From contig VRVR01000029.1 of NCBI GenBank assembly GCA_009859145.1, positions 186,001 to 250,000 of the forward strand: DNA of 64,000 nucleotides, in the 5' to 3' direction. Both the position numbers and the translations under genes were made by a program. Positions 42,896 through 54,015 of the stretch are shown in pieces. The notes under the pieces were generated by a model. The model made no database searches and had not been told where the DNA came from. It saw only the letters and a list, made by a program, of their open reading frames with translations. This stretch comes from Andalucia godoyi And28. Taxonomy: Eukaryota > Protista > Jakobida. Numbering within the stretch: position 1 is the first letter of the stretch; each line of letters starts with the position of its first letter.

Positions 42896-42980
42896 CGCTG
42901 CGTACATATAAACTGTATAGTGGTAGTAACCATCTTCTCGTTTACGGTATGGATTTACTATGAGTACAATGGGAATACGG

Positions 42981-44534
42981 CTACTTAAAGTTGTCGAATT
43001 TTGGAAGGAGTGTGGGAAGTGTGTTGTGAACGAGAAATCGACGCTTGGAGGGAGACCAGTTGACCGCCCCTTCAATAATGTCGAGAGACGACGGAGGTGG
43101 TTCTCTCTTCATGCGCAGACCGATTTTGTGAGCTCGCAGCGACTCCTGTTCTTGTTCTCTGCTGATTTCGTCTTCTGTGAAGTGCAGCGGCACCGCAAAC
43201 ATGAAATCCGAGGAAGGGTGCTCTTCTCGCGAGATAAGATCGATGGACGCATCGAAGTCGAACCGCACAGGGTCCGGAAGGTCTGGACACTTCAGAACGG
43301 GTTTCCCGTTCTCTGCCAAGATCTCTGCGTCTGTCCGGTTGTCGGACACATTGTCCTGCAAATCCAACTCATCTTCGCGCTCATGATACACAACATTGCG
43401 TTCAATTTCCGTGAATCGAGGATCAAACGCAGCCCACCGCTCCTTGACGGGGAGAACGTACGTGATCATTGTGAAATACGTCAAAGCGTAGATAACGGGC
43501 CGAATGGGATGCCAAGCAATGCTCAGGAAGATCCAACGAGTGTCGTCGTACTTTGGCTTCTCAAGCCGCAGCTCCAAAGTTCCGGACTCCACGCTCCACA
43601 CGTACAGAGAGCTCTGCGACATTGCGCAGACATACTGTGAGTCCCAGTCCGAATCGCAGATCACGGGCCGTCCAGAAAACGTGGAAAGGAGCCAGTTCAC
43701 GTTGGACACACGGTCTGAAAAGTCTCTGATTTGAGTCATGGACGACGTGAACACCAACCGAAGGACGCTAGCACAATTCAGCAAGAGATACTTGCCACGC
43801 GCACTGACGACAATTCCTACAATGTCGTGCGAACCGAACCGGTGCTTGGACGCCAGCTCCACGCGATTCCCGTCCTCCAGCACGCGAACGACGTAGAAGT
43901 GACCAGTGCTCATTCCAATGTACACAAAATCCCCAGAAGCATCAAACACTGCGCACGTCACTTTTCTTTGGGTTTTCTTGGTGCGCTTCTCGCCCGCAGC
44001 AGTCGCGGCATTTGTGGAACCACCAGACGACGAATTCGTGGTATCCAAAAACGCAGCTGTCGGTTCGCTTTCCAGCGCACCAACGTCAATTGTCACCGAT
44101 TCATTTCTCTCATAATGATAGAGCACAACACTTTGAACCCCAAAAACAAGAACTACATTGTGCGTCTTTGGCGAGCACACAACCGACCAAATGCCCTCTC
44201 CAAAATTGGACTTATACACAACCTCGCGCTGCGAGACGTCCAGAAGTGCATACTGCTGTTCCAATCCCGCTGAAAACCACAAAAATCTGCCATTTGAAGA
44301 CCAGCTCACCGTATTGATGTTCTTCTCAAAGGGCTTCACTTGAAACACTGCGTTCTGCGTGATGTAGTCCCAAATTTCCACATGGCCTGTGTTGTATGTC
44401 ACTGCAAAAAGCGTGCCTTCCCGATTGAAATTCATCGACCATGCAGGCATTGCCAGCTGCCGCTCCGAGTGAAACACGCGTGGATAAGAAGGAATGTACT
44501 CGGCTGGATTCACATATCGAAACGCCTCACACAT
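42981..44534 (-). CDS. RBBP5: COMPASS WD40 subunit RBBP5/Swd1
   Basis: FNREGTLFAV....G.V.IWD; WAAFDPRFTEIERNVVYHEREDELD matches the RBBP5 AS/ABM segment; the track start is TTG, probable ATG at 44534. Confidence 0.9.
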   Translation of the reverse strand: MCEAFRYVNPAEYIPSYPRVFHSERQLAMPAWSMNFNREGTLFAVTYNTGHVEIWDYITQNAVFQVKPFEKNINTVSWSSNGRFLWFSAGLEQQYALLDVSQREVVYKSNFGEGIWSVVCSPKTHNVVLVFGVQSVVLYHYERNESVTIDVGALESEPTAAFLDTTNSSSGGSTNAATAAGEKRTKKTQRKVTCAVFDASGDFVYIGMSTGHFYVVRVLEDGNRVELASKHRFGSHDIVGIVVSARGKYLLLNCASVLRLVFTSSMTQIRDFSDRVSNVNWLLSTFSGRPVICDSDWDSQYVCAMSQSSLYVWSVESGTLELRLEKPKYDDTRWIFLSIAWHPIRPVIYALTYFTMITYVLPVKERWAAFDPRFTEIERNVVYHEREDELDLQDNVSDNRTDAEILAENGKPVLKCPDLPDPVRFDFDASIDLISREEHPSSDFMFAVPLHFTEDEISREQEQESLRAHKIGLRMKREPPPSSLDIIEGAVNWSPSKRRFLVHNTLPTLLPKFDNFK

Positions 44535-44886
44535 ATCCACCACACTGTGCACTTTTCTTTTTCTCGGGTCTGCAAAATGCCGTAACGCCACTCTCTTTGC
44601 CCCTTCCTTCTTTAAAAATCCCCTCCAATGAGAATGTGGTGGCAATCATCGTCATCATAATAATCACGAAAGACCTTTTCATTGGTTTTTCGTGCTACTT
44701 TTTCTGACAATTTGCGAAAAGCGTTCCCGCCATACGTTCTTCTTTATTACAGCCGGCAGCACGATGAAAAGGTGTCTCGTGTTTTCTCTGTTACAGTAGG
44801 TAAGAAGCTAAAAAGATGATACCGGAAGGGATGCGGCAGGAACTCGAAAAAAGTAACACCTGGGAGAGAAGAGCAAGAAAAACAAT

Positions 44887-44917
<31 letters not shown>

Positions 44918-44953
44918 GGAAGAAGAAGAAGACCACAGAAGCCCCCTCTTTGG

Positions 44954-45475
44954 TCATATTCGGCCAGGTGGATCCAGCAAAAGCAGAGTTCGGAACGACT
45001 GTTCCACAAGCTGATTGTAAGCGAGTACAGCATTGTCAATTTCTGCAGTTTGGCCAATGAGCAAGCGTTCATCAAGAGACAATTTCTCTTCGATTTCGTC
45101 TAGTCGTTTGTCGTCCATGCGTTCCAGAACCTTGGCGTCACCCTGAGAGCCTTGGACAAGTACCGAATCGCACAGTCTTGAAAACTCCTCAAACAGCTTC
45201 CCGAGTTCGCCGATCCGGTCCGTTGACACACACAGGTACTCGAATGCGTCCTGCACCGATGCCGCGGACGACTCGGCCACAAAGCTCGAATGCTCAACTT
45301 GGTCAAACACCGTGTCGAGTGCTAATGCGTCCAATCGCGAATAGACGGGACGGGATACCGTCTCCAGCACCTGAAGAAGCTTTGGTTGCGACTCTGCAGA
45401 GCCTTCCTCAGATATCCCAAGAATCGTCTCAAGGCGGGCAATCCGACACGCAAGCAACGATACCGTGTCGCTCAT
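44954..45475 (-). CDS. DCTN3: Dynactin subunit 3 (p22/p24)-like coiled-coil protein
   Basis: L..RI.RLE..LG N-terminus, ~173-aa helical protein ending YN.LV..S; probable ATG at 45475. Confidence 0.6.
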   Translation of the reverse strand: MSDTVSLLACRIARLETILGISEEGSAESQPKLLQVLETVSRPVYSRLDALALDTVFDQVEHSSFVAESSAASVQDAFEYLCVSTDRIGELGKLFEEFSRLCDSVLVQGSQGDAKVLERMDDKRLDEIEEKLSLDERLLIGQTAEIDNAVLAYNQLVEQSFRTLLLLDPPGRI

Positions 45476-45745
45476 TCCCCAACCTCCACAAGCGTCATAA
45501 ACCACTCCCCTCCAAAAAACCAAAAAAACACCCATACTTGTCTAAATGGCCATTGTGTTCCGACAGACAAGCAACGGAATCGACTACTGTGTGCCGGAAA
45601 CCCGGATTTTTTAATGAGAAAATCCGCGACTGTAATTACATCCTTTAAATAAAACAGAAACCAAGACGGAAGAAAATACGCTCATAGTAAAATTTTATTT
45701 ATTTATCCGCGATATTTCCTTTTGTTTTCTTTCAAAGAGCAAGAA

Positions 45746-45785
45746 GCCAAAAAGCCAAAAAGCCAAAAAGCCAAAAAGCCAAAAA
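45746..45785 (+). repeat. Tandem octamer (GCCAAAAA)5
   Basis: Five perfect copies in the divergent spacer between the DCTN3-like gene and DBP7. Confidence 0.95.
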
Positions 45786-45836
45786 CGAGGGAAAAAGAGA
45801 GGAAAAGGTGATGACATTGTGCGATTTGGATCAGTC

Positions 45837-48626
45837 ATGGATTTAGAGCTGAATTTGGATTTAACACCTGGGGAATCGCGTTCTGTTCTCTCTGCCAAAG
45901 AGAGGTTTCGACAGCGCGGCAGGCCTCCAAAAAGGGCTACTGCGGCACCGAGAAACGCGTCTTTGCATCGACCTTTGCGACCTCGCTTGGAGCCGCCGCA
46001 AGCGACGACCAGCCATCCTCATCCACCACCAGCTTTCAGAAACACGTCCGAGTACCCAGTGTCGGATCCCGTGCAGAATCACGACTTGTCGCTGACACAA
46101 AATGCCAGACCATACAAGAAGGCGTCGATTTTTAGCAGTCTTTCAAACGCACAGTCGACATCCAATGTAGATGCAGAAACGGGCGAGAAGCTTTCACGGT
46201 CTCAAATGAGATCGAATACCTCGGGATCTGGATCTGGATCTGGATCTGGGTCTGGATCTGGGTCTGGGTTGGCATCTGCGTCTCAAACAAATCAGCATCA
46301 CTCGCAACATTCACGTCATAACTTTCACAGTAATCATCAACAACAGCGACAGCAGCTACATCATTATCACGATCAGAATCAGCAGCGCCATGACGAATAT
46401 CCGTCACAGAGATTGCAGTACGGCAAGAACGATGGACGGTCAGAGGAATCGAGTTTCAGATCCGATCAGCATGCTGCCGACGGGTTCGATCATCATCGAT
46501 TAGAAGAAGGCCGAGGCCCAAGCCATGGACACGACAGTGGGCGCGACACAGGGGAGCGGTTCGCAGAACCAAATCGCAAGCGAGAACGAATTGCAGATCG
46601 ACATGACGAGGAGGATTTTGCGGTGAGTGCTGCCAAGAAGTCGAGAATGGAGGATCGGAAGAAGGCGAAGGGCACGGCGTCGGGTATGTTTGGCATTTCT
46701 TCAATGCCAAGGCACACTCGACCTGTGGTGGATCCGTCGTTGTTTCAAGGAGACCTTTCAAGCATGCCGGTGGATAAGAAGCTGGTTGCGACCCTTGAGC
46801 AACATTTCGGCATCAAAACGCTGACAAAGATCCAGGAGAAGGCCGTCCCAGCGTTGCTCTCTTCTTCCACAAAGGACGTCAGCGCGCCTGCCTTCTGGTC
46901 TGCCGGAGCCAATGTTTTCATCAAGTCTGAAACAGGGTCTGGAAAGACGCTTGCATACTTGATCCCCATGATTGAGACCCTGGCGTCCATGCAGCCGGAA
47001 GTGAAGCGAGAAGTCGGGCCGGTTGCTGTCATCCTGCTTCCCACTCGTGAGATGGCCATCCAAACGTACGAGACGTTGAATGGCTTGCTCCGACCGTGGG
47101 TCCGCATGGTCGGCGGGACCTTGATGGGAGGCGAGTCCAAAAAGTCAGAAAAAGCACGATTGCGAAAGGGCGTCAATATCCTGGTTTCCACACCGGGTCG
47201 CTTGCTGGATCACCTAGATCATACCAAGAATCTGAACCTGGAGCGTGTGGAATGGTTGGTTGTGGACGAGGCAGACCGCATTTTGGAACTTGGGTTTGCG
47301 CGTGACGTTGACAAGATTCTGGAAAAGCTTCGTGCAGACCGCAAGGACCATTTCGAACGAGAGGCTGCAAATCCGCTTCCCGAGCGACTTTATCGCTCTG
47401 TACTGGTGTCCGCAACACTTCCTGCGCAGCTCGCAGTTTTGGCTTCCAAGGTTCTTGGCGAGGACAGCTACGTCAAAGTTGGATTCCAGGAAGATTGCGA
47501 AGATGAGCCCGTGGCGGACGATGGTACTTATGTGCCCGATCGCGACGATGAGGACAACACGCTGTCCGTTCCAAAGTCGCTGAAGCAATCGGTGACGATC
47601 GTCCCACACAAGTACAAGCTGATTGCGCTGATTGCGACGTTGTACCGAGAAGCACAGTCAAAGTCGATCGTTTTTATGAGTTGCCAGGCAACCGTGGAAT
47701 TTCACTTTCAGCTGCTCACAACGGTCTTTTCTTCGCATGAAAGAGAACTTGAGAAAGACGAAGAAGGAAGGAATGATGATTCAGACAGAGAGTTGGATGA
47801 AGCGGAGCCGTCGGAGGAAGTCGGCGGCCGTGCAGCATCTGATCTTGCGTACATTTTCCGTCGTGCACGCCCAGCGTTTTTCAAGCTTCACGGCACAATG
47901 TCTCAAAAAGACCGCACTGCAACGTACTTTGCGTTCTGCAACTGCAAGACACCTTCTGTCCTCCTTTGCACGGATGTTGCGGCTCGCGGCCTTGATTTCC
48001 CCGACGTGACATTCATTGCGCAGTACGATCCGCCTGGCGATCCCAAAGACTACATCCACCGTGTTGGCCGAACTGCTCGAGCCGGCCACGACGGCCGAGC
48101 TCTGCTGTTTCTTGTCCCCTCCGAGGCACCTTATGTCGATCTTTTGACAAGCCACCACCACATTGACCTCCAGAGCATGCCAGTCGAAGACGTGTTTGCC
48201 GTTCTGCTAAACGTTGTGCGCCGCAAAACGGTCGATGACGCGGTAATCCACGTGCAGCACCTGGTAGAACTGTTTGTGGCTGCGAGTTTGCAACCCAAGG
48301 CACGCGATGCATTCGCGTCGTTCTTGAAGGCGTATGCGACTCATGCCCGGCTTACGCGCTACATCTTCCATCCACGAAAGCTGCATCTCGGTCATGTAGC
48401 AAAGACATTTGGTCTCACCGATGCGCCCTCGCAGATCGCGCAAGTTGCCCATACTTCTCTTGGCGAGGAAAACCGTGCAAACTCTGCATTGTACCGAAAA
48501 TTGGATCGCCAGAAGGGCCACGAGACCCGCATGCGTGCTGTTGCAGAACGAAACAACATGTCCTATGAAAAGCTCATCAAGGATCTGTCCAAGAAGAAGA
48601 AGAAATGGACTGCCATGAGCGAGTAA
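45837..48626 (+). CDS. DBP7: DEAD-box RNA helicase Dbp7/DDX31
   Basis: SETGSGKTLAY, PTRE, GGESKKSEKARLRKGVNIL, TPGRLLDH, DEAD, SAT, ARGLD, HRVGRTAR, IFHPRKLHLGHVAKTFGL; first ATG at 45837. Confidence 0.94.
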   Translation: MDLELNLDLTPGESRSVLSAKERFRQRGRPPKRATAAPRNASLHRPLRPRLEPPQATTSHPHPPPAFRNTSEYPVSDPVQNHDLSLTQNARPYKKASIFSSLSNAQSTSNVDAETGEKLSRSQMRSNTSGSGSGSGSGSGSGSGLASASQTNQHHSQHSRHNFHSNHQQQRQQLHHYHDQNQQRHDEYPSQRLQYGKNDGRSEESSFRSDQHAADGFDHHRLEEGRGPSHGHDSGRDTGERFAEPNRKRERIADRHDEEDFAVSAAKKSRMEDRKKAKGTASGMFGISSMPRHTRPVVDPSLFQGDLSSMPVDKKLVATLEQHFGIKTLTKIQEKAVPALLSSSTKDVSAPAFWSAGANVFIKSETGSGKTLAYLIPMIETLASMQPEVKREVGPVAVILLPTREMAIQTYETLNGLLRPWVRMVGGTLMGGESKKSEKARLRKGVNILVSTPGRLLDHLDHTKNLNLERVEWLVVDEADRILELGFARDVDKILEKLRADRKDHFEREAANPLPERLYRSVLVSATLPAQLAVLASKVLGEDSYVKVGFQEDCEDEPVADDGTYVPDRDDEDNTLSVPKSLKQSVTIVPHKYKLIALIATLYREAQSKSIVFMSCQATVEFHFQLLTTVFSSHERELEKDEEGRNDDSDRELDEAEPSEEVGGRAASDLAYIFRRARPAFFKLHGTMSQKDRTATYFAFCNCKTPSVLLCTDVAARGLDFPDVTFIAQYDPPGDPKDYIHRVGRTARAGHDGRALLFLVPSEAPYVDLLTSHHHIDLQSMPVEDVFAVLLNVVRRKTVDDAVIHVQHLVELFVAASLQPKARDAFASFLKAYATHARLTRYIFHPRKLHLGHVAKTFGLTDAPSQIAQVAHTSLGEENRANSALYRKLDRQKGHETRMRAVAERNNMSYEKLIKDLSKKKKKWTAMSE

Positions 48627-49107
48627 TCCATCGTCATCTTGCTCTATGTATCCATGTCATATCATATTGCAGTGCAGTAGTAGGTCCTTCTCTTCCCTCC
48701 GTCTTCTGCTTTTCCTGAACTCTTGTCCCCACCGACGACAGGTCGTTTTCGTCCGTTGATCAAAAAAATTTCGAAATCAAATAAAAATCAAGTATTAATA
48801 ATAATAATAGATTACTGTAATAAATAAATAAATAAAGAATGTCCGACTGTCGTAAATTGCAAAACACCAAGGAAACAACAGAATGCTATTTTCACACTCG
48901 TTCTTCGTTCTTCCCCAATGCTTGCATCGCGTGTAGGCCCCAAGTACACGGCCGTCGCTCTTTTCCAAAGAAAGCCACTCAAACCCCTTTCCCTCTCTTC
49001 CTTCGTGTCTCCCCTGTTCTTCCTCGAGAAATTTCTCGTTTTTTCCTTTCATGTTTTTCTTGTCTGACTGCTTATTTGTAAATCCGTCTCCAATTGTTAT
49101 ACTGGAT

Positions 49108-49344
49108 ATGTCTGTTCTTGCTGGAAAGAGCGAAGGCGTCAAGCTGGCCGCCGGAGTTGGTGTCGCAATGGCTGTTGCATTTGTCGGTATCTTGATTACC
49201 AAGGCTGTCGGTATGTATTGTGGTGCTTTCATGCTGTTTGCGAGTCTATGCGCTCATTCATAGACCAGACGAGACGCTCTGTTTTAATTTCGTCGTATGC
49301 CTTATGCTTACGTCATTTTCTTCCTTGTCTGTTTTTGACTCTGT

Positions 49345-49378
<34 letters not shown>

Positions 49379-49486
49379 ATATGTGTAGGAAACAAGCCTA
49401 GAACTGCTACTGCAGCCTGGACCAAGGCAGAGGAGGAGTACCGTCGCAAAGAGCGTCAAAACCCTCTTTCATCCGGTCAGCATTAA
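49108..49486 (+). CDS. COX4: Minimal cytochrome c oxidase subunit IV-like protein (66 aa), 2 exons: join(49108..49210,49389..49486)
   Basis: One TM helix followed by PRTATAAWTKAEEEYRRKERQNP, which has the P-x-T-x4-W-x5-EY-x6-NP spacing of the COX4/Cox5 C-terminus; phase-1 intron GTATGT...GTGTAG; spliced length 201 nt. Confidence 0.78.
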
Positions 49487-49827
49487 ATCGCAGACACCGT
49501 TTTTTCGTATTGTTTGGTGCTGTTTGGTGTTGGTGCTGTTATTCTTCATCATCAGCCATCATCATCATGAATTGTCTTAATGCTGCCTTTTTTTGGATAC
49601 TGGGATACGCACCTGGAAAACTGTGGAATATTGTCCTGTGAAGAATGAATGGTTTCATGTTCCAACGCGCTGTTGGAAAGGAATAAAAAGAAAAATGAAT
49701 AAAGGAAAATAGTAAATGACAGCAAAGCAGGCGTGGTTTGGTTTGCGTTTCTTAATTTCATTTAATTTTCTTGCTGTTGAAAATTCATTTATTAGAGATC
49801 TACTTTACTCGCGGGATGGTGCGGGGG

Positions 49828-50502
49828 CTAGGTGAACGAGGCCTTTTGGGACATGATGATTGCGACAATGACGGCAAAGATTCCGAGTGCAGAAGCGAAG
49901 ATTTCAATGATGAGGATCTTGACGAAGAGCGAGCCGTTCTGCGCATCGGAGAGAGCACAGGACGAACCGACGACGCCCACTGCGACACCGCACGCAATGT
50001 TTCCAAAGCCGACCGTGATTCCAGCCGCAAAGACGACGTATGCAGCATACTGAACATTCGCGAGGTAGTTTGCGTCCGATGTGTTCTTGGTGTTGGACCA
50101 GTCCACCTTTCCCTGTAGAATGATCGCCATGATGATTCCATAGATTGCAACTGCTTCGCAAAAGATGATTGAGATAAGATTCTTCGATCGGATACGAGGC
50201 ACCTTGATCGCAGCACCCATCAGCGATGAGCCCGTCACAAAGATCCCCCATGCGGCACCGGCAACCGACAGCCCAATCGCAAGCGACTCGCCAAACGCAG
50301 CAAACAGCCACGGCTGCATATTATAAAACACGTTTTTCCACGCATTCAGATACGGCGTCGCCGGCCCACCACCAATCAGCGATCCAAGGAACCAAACGAT
50401 AAAAATAATCGACAACAGGAAGAATATCACTTGGACAAGGACGTCCATTGCACTGTCCGCATACGTCCTGCTGCTGTCCAGCTTTGCAACTGCTTTTGGC
50501 AT
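49828..50502 (-). CDS. VMA16: V-type ATPase V0 subunit c'' (21-kDa proteolipid)
   Basis: GLSVAGAAWGIFVTGSS, PRIRSKNLISIIFCEAVAIYG, LFVKILIIEIFASALG. Confidence 0.96.
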   Translation of the reverse strand: MPKAVAKLDSSRTYADSAMDVLVQVIFFLLSIIFIVWFLGSLIGGGPATPYLNAWKNVFYNMQPWLFAAFGESLAIGLSVAGAAWGIFVTGSSLMGAAIKVPRIRSKNLISIIFCEAVAIYGIIMAIILQGKVDWSNTKNTSDANYLANVQYAAYVVFAAGITVGFGNIACGVAVGVVGSSCALSDAQNGSLFVKILIIEIFASALGIFAVIVAIIMSQKASFT

Positions 50503-51057
50503 CCTCCTCCTCCCTCACTCTCCTTCTGTCCTCCTTCTTCTTGTTGCAAAAGAATACAAGAGATTTAAGAAAACAAATTAATATAAAATAAAATAAAACC
50601 AAGCAGTGTTCACAGGAACAGAAATAAAGCGTACTGTTTATTACTGCTGCATAGAGCATGCAATGAAAATACAAACAGAGAAGTGTACAGTCATCGTACA
50701 GTCGCTGCAGCAGAACCTGGCAAGCGAGGGCACTCTGCAGCAGCTGTACATTTTCTTGAGTGCAATTTCGCCAATTCCCAGCTTCCACAATAATTGATCA
50801 TTGGGCCCTTTGCGTGCTTGGTGCTGCTTTCAATTTTTTAAGAATTTAGATTGTTTGCGTAGTTATTTATTATTTTTTCCTCCCCTCCCCTTCTTCCTTG
50901 TTCTTCATCCTTGGCTATTTTTGTGTTGTGGAGCGAGGGGGAAAAAAAAGAAGAAAAAGGACGACATCCGCGCACGCAGATAGCATAGCATCAAGGCTGG
51001 ACAATCACAACCACGCGATAGTAAGACGAGAAGAGAGACAGAAGAGGAGTAGAAGAG

Positions 51058-51519
51058 ATGGCGGATGATTTTGATGGCGGGTCAGACAATGAAGATGTGT
51101 TTCAGGATGAAGATGAGCGAATATCGAGTGATGATGAGCTTGGAGATGATGCGTTTGAGTCGATAGTGGAGCAGGCGAATGCTGAGAATGCGCTGCATGG
51201 AGGGCTTGACCAGTCGACGATTCTTCCGTTGAACGGCGGTATGGAGGGTGTTGGGTCTGGAAATATGGTTCCTATTGCAGAGCGCACGACCACGCCGTTT
51301 CTGACAAAGTACGAACGAGCGCGTGTCCTTGGCACGCGGGCGCTGCAAATCTCGATGAACGCTCCGGTCATGGTCGAGGTCGAGGGACTGACAGATCCGC
51401 TGGCGATCGCGAGAAAGGAACTCGTCATGAAGAAAATCCCATTCATCATCCGAAGATACCTTCCAGATGCTTCTTTCGAGGACTGGAGACTTGACGAGCT
51501 CCTCATCACCGACGTATAA
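51058..51519 (+). CDS. RPB6: RNA polymerase I/II/III common subunit RPB6
   Basis: [46 protein letters not shown]. Confidence 0.98.
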   Translation: MADDFDGGSDNEDVFQDEDERISSDDELGDDAFESIVEQANAENALHGGLDQSTILPLNGGMEGVGSGNMVPIAERTTTPFLTKYERARVLGTRALQISMNAPVMVEVEGLTDPLAIARKELVMKKIPFIIRRYLPDASFEDWRLDELLITDV

Positions 51520-51837
51520 ACCAAAAGCCCTATCTCACTCGCTCCTTTCCCCTCCTCCCTTGTTTACGGTGTCAATGCGTCTCCATCGTTCGTAAAAGAG
51601 AAAGAGCGATTAAAAATTAAATAAAAAAACCAGAAAGATGACCTAGTATCGGACTGTCGGAGATTTCTTCCCCGACAAATCTCCGACTCGACCCGATAAA
51701 AATTCGACAGTACGAAAGCCGAAGCTCTCTGTTTCTCTGTTCTGCTGTTGTGGTCTCTCAACAACGGCGCGCGCTCGATCAAGCAAAGGAAAGGGAGGGG
51801 GGAAATAAAGGTAGGTTAGGAAAGAGAGGAAAGAGAA

Positions 51838-52803
51838 ATGGATCGGATGGAGGATGGGCACTCGATTGATCCAAACTTGCCAACGATCCAAGTATGCATG
51901 ACTTCTGGGTCTCGTATACCAATCCGAATATCACTGGCGAGTTCCATCCGTGATCTTAAACACCGCGTATGTTGTTGTCTTGCCTGTCTTCCTTTTTCAG
52001 GAGGGGAGGGGGCGGGGGGGAGACTCTCTGCTCTTTCCATTCTGTATTTCCTGTCTTGTCTTAAGATTTTATAGATTTTTTTTTGTTGATTAATGTTCAA
52101 AAAAATGTTCCATGGATTGGTGCAGCTTGTTGTGGAACATCAATTATCTGGATTTATTCGAATCTTGTTCAATGGACGAGTGTTGGAGGATGCACTCTCG
52201 CTGCAGCGCTGTGGACTGTCGGATGGCTGTGCGGTCCACTGTATCGTTTCCGCCGCTGCGCCACCGACACCACATCCGTCTGCAGGTTCCGTGTCTGGTG
52301 GCCGCAGCAGCCAACACCAGTCTCAGCTCCTTACGAATAACAACAACAACAACAACAACAACAACAGCGGTGGTGGTGGTGGAGATGGGCAGTCGACGCA
52401 AAATGGAGATCCTAGAGGATTTGATAGATTTCTTGCGTCTGGACTTAGTGCAGAGGAGGTTGCTGTGCTTCGACGACAGTTCCATTCATCGAACAACACA
52501 CCGATTGCGGCGCTGCAACCTGGTAACGAAGCAATATTAAGAAGGATTGAAGATGCATGGATCGACGAAGATGTGGACCGAAACACAGTCAACTTTGACA
52601 TGGGCCAGTTTGTCGAAAACGCGCCTGTCGAAGGCTCGAATCATGACTTGATGTGGGGAATGATCATCGGGTTCTTTCTCGGCTTGCTTACGCTGCTCCT
52701 CTTCTGGGAAAAGAGAGCATCGAGAAGAATCAAAGTGGGCGTGATCGCGGGCCTTTGCTTCAACGTCAGCTTCAGCCTCGTTCGCACGCTGATGACTCCG
52801 TAG
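51838..52803 (+). CDS. DSC3: DSC E3 ligase subunit 3-like (ubiquitin-like + DUF2407), 2 exons: join(51838..51966,52126..52803)
   Basis: UBL N-terminus (IRILFNGRVLED), RGFDRF...G....V..LR.QF, ED.WID, GM.IGFF.G plus TM segments; phase-0 intron GTATGT...TGCAG; spliced length 807 nt. Confidence 0.82.
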
Positions 52804-53532
52804 CTCGGGGCATGCTTCACTCGTCACCCATCGTTTCTCACAAAGGCGACAACAAACGGCATGCATGAACGCACGCAAACAACAGCCAGCAAACGAAATG
52901 AGAATCCGGCTTGTTCGCTTAGCCAAATTGTTCAGACGCCAATTTTTGGGACACTATTTAAAGTAGAAACCATAGTCGGTTTACGTTTTCATCCATCCTT
53001 CTTCTTTTTTTCTTCTTCTTTTCCCACGCGAGGCCAATGTATGTGCCACGCTGCCACGCTACACAAGACATGGACATGCATCGCACGGTTGCAAAATGGC
53101 TGTGTGAGGGAGTATGACTGCATTCTGCTTCCGAAATTCGACCCCTCCCGTATGATACACAGGCAGCCGGCAGAAGGGAGAAAACGCCGCACTGGAGGCT
53201 GCCTGCATGTCTGCAATGTGCATGCTGAACTGATCGCGATTGAAATCGTGCGCGCAACGACATTTATCTTAAGAACTGCGGCAGGGCGTGTTGGGGCCTA
53301 TCCCCCCCTTCCCGTCCAGGGCGATACGGTCCGGGTTGCATCATTGATTACGTCATGACGAGCGATGGTCATGCATCCGCAGTGCACAAACCGCCGTACG
53401 ATGGGCCAACAGCAGCATCGGTAGAACACAAAACAGCCAGTTATTGAAAACAACAACAACCGACAAGACAGAGCAGACAAGAACCATAACGGAGTTTCTT
53501 CCAGAGAGCGAGGGGCAGGAAGCACGGCCAAG

Positions 53533-53901
53533 ATGGTTCCGATTCGACTGAGGTTTCGAAACTATGTTCCGTTTGATCGATCATTAGCGGACCGACATGT
53601 GCGTGATGAAGAGCAAGAAGACCGAGCAGACGAGCACGAAGGAGCGGAAGATGATGGCGAACAAGATGCTAGTGCTGGTGCTGGTGCTGCGAAGTCGAGA
53701 GTCCACGTTCCCAAGCTTCCTGATTACACTGCACACACCGCAGACTTTGGGTTTCTGGTAGAGGCAGTTGGCCAAGGGTCTATGTTGAAACGAAATGCAG
53801 ATCTCAAACGCGATCTCGCACCGATTCTCAAGAAACTCGACAAGCAGACGCAGCTCTGCATCGATGCTCTTCGCCAACGCCTGCATTCTCAGACAACCTA
53901 G
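53533..53901 (+). CDS. CCDC12: Spliceosomal protein Cwf18/CCDC12
   Basis: LRFRNYVP.D and KRNADLKRDL...L.KLD.QTQ..I. Confidence 0.85.
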   Translation: MVPIRLRFRNYVPFDRSLADRHVRDEEQEDRADEHEGAEDDGEQDASAGAGAAKSRVHVPKLPDYTAHTADFGFLVEAVGQGSMLKRNADLKRDLAPILKKLDKQTQLCIDALRQRLHSQTT

Positions 53902-54015
53902 CGTGTTCACAACCTGTACATATCTGTCAAAGATGTCCACTACATCCCCTGCTCTGTGTCCTTTTCCTTTCTTCCTGAAGTAGCGTACTTCTTTTTGCTT
54001 AACTTACATACGTGA

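Noticed and set aside
46684-46749. Possible 66-nt in-frame intron (GTATGT...TCAAG) in DBP7
   Set aside because: The segment encodes the region preceding the Q motif that is coding in DDX31/Dbp7 homologs; there is no branch signal, and AAG is a weak acceptor
52861-53531. ORFs between DSC3 and CCDC12 (52861..53358 + and overlapping minus ORFs); likewise 822..1118, 35051..35466 and 50321..50797
   Set aside because: No motif, no consistent start context or splice structure, and several frames equally open, so I cannot support any as a gene
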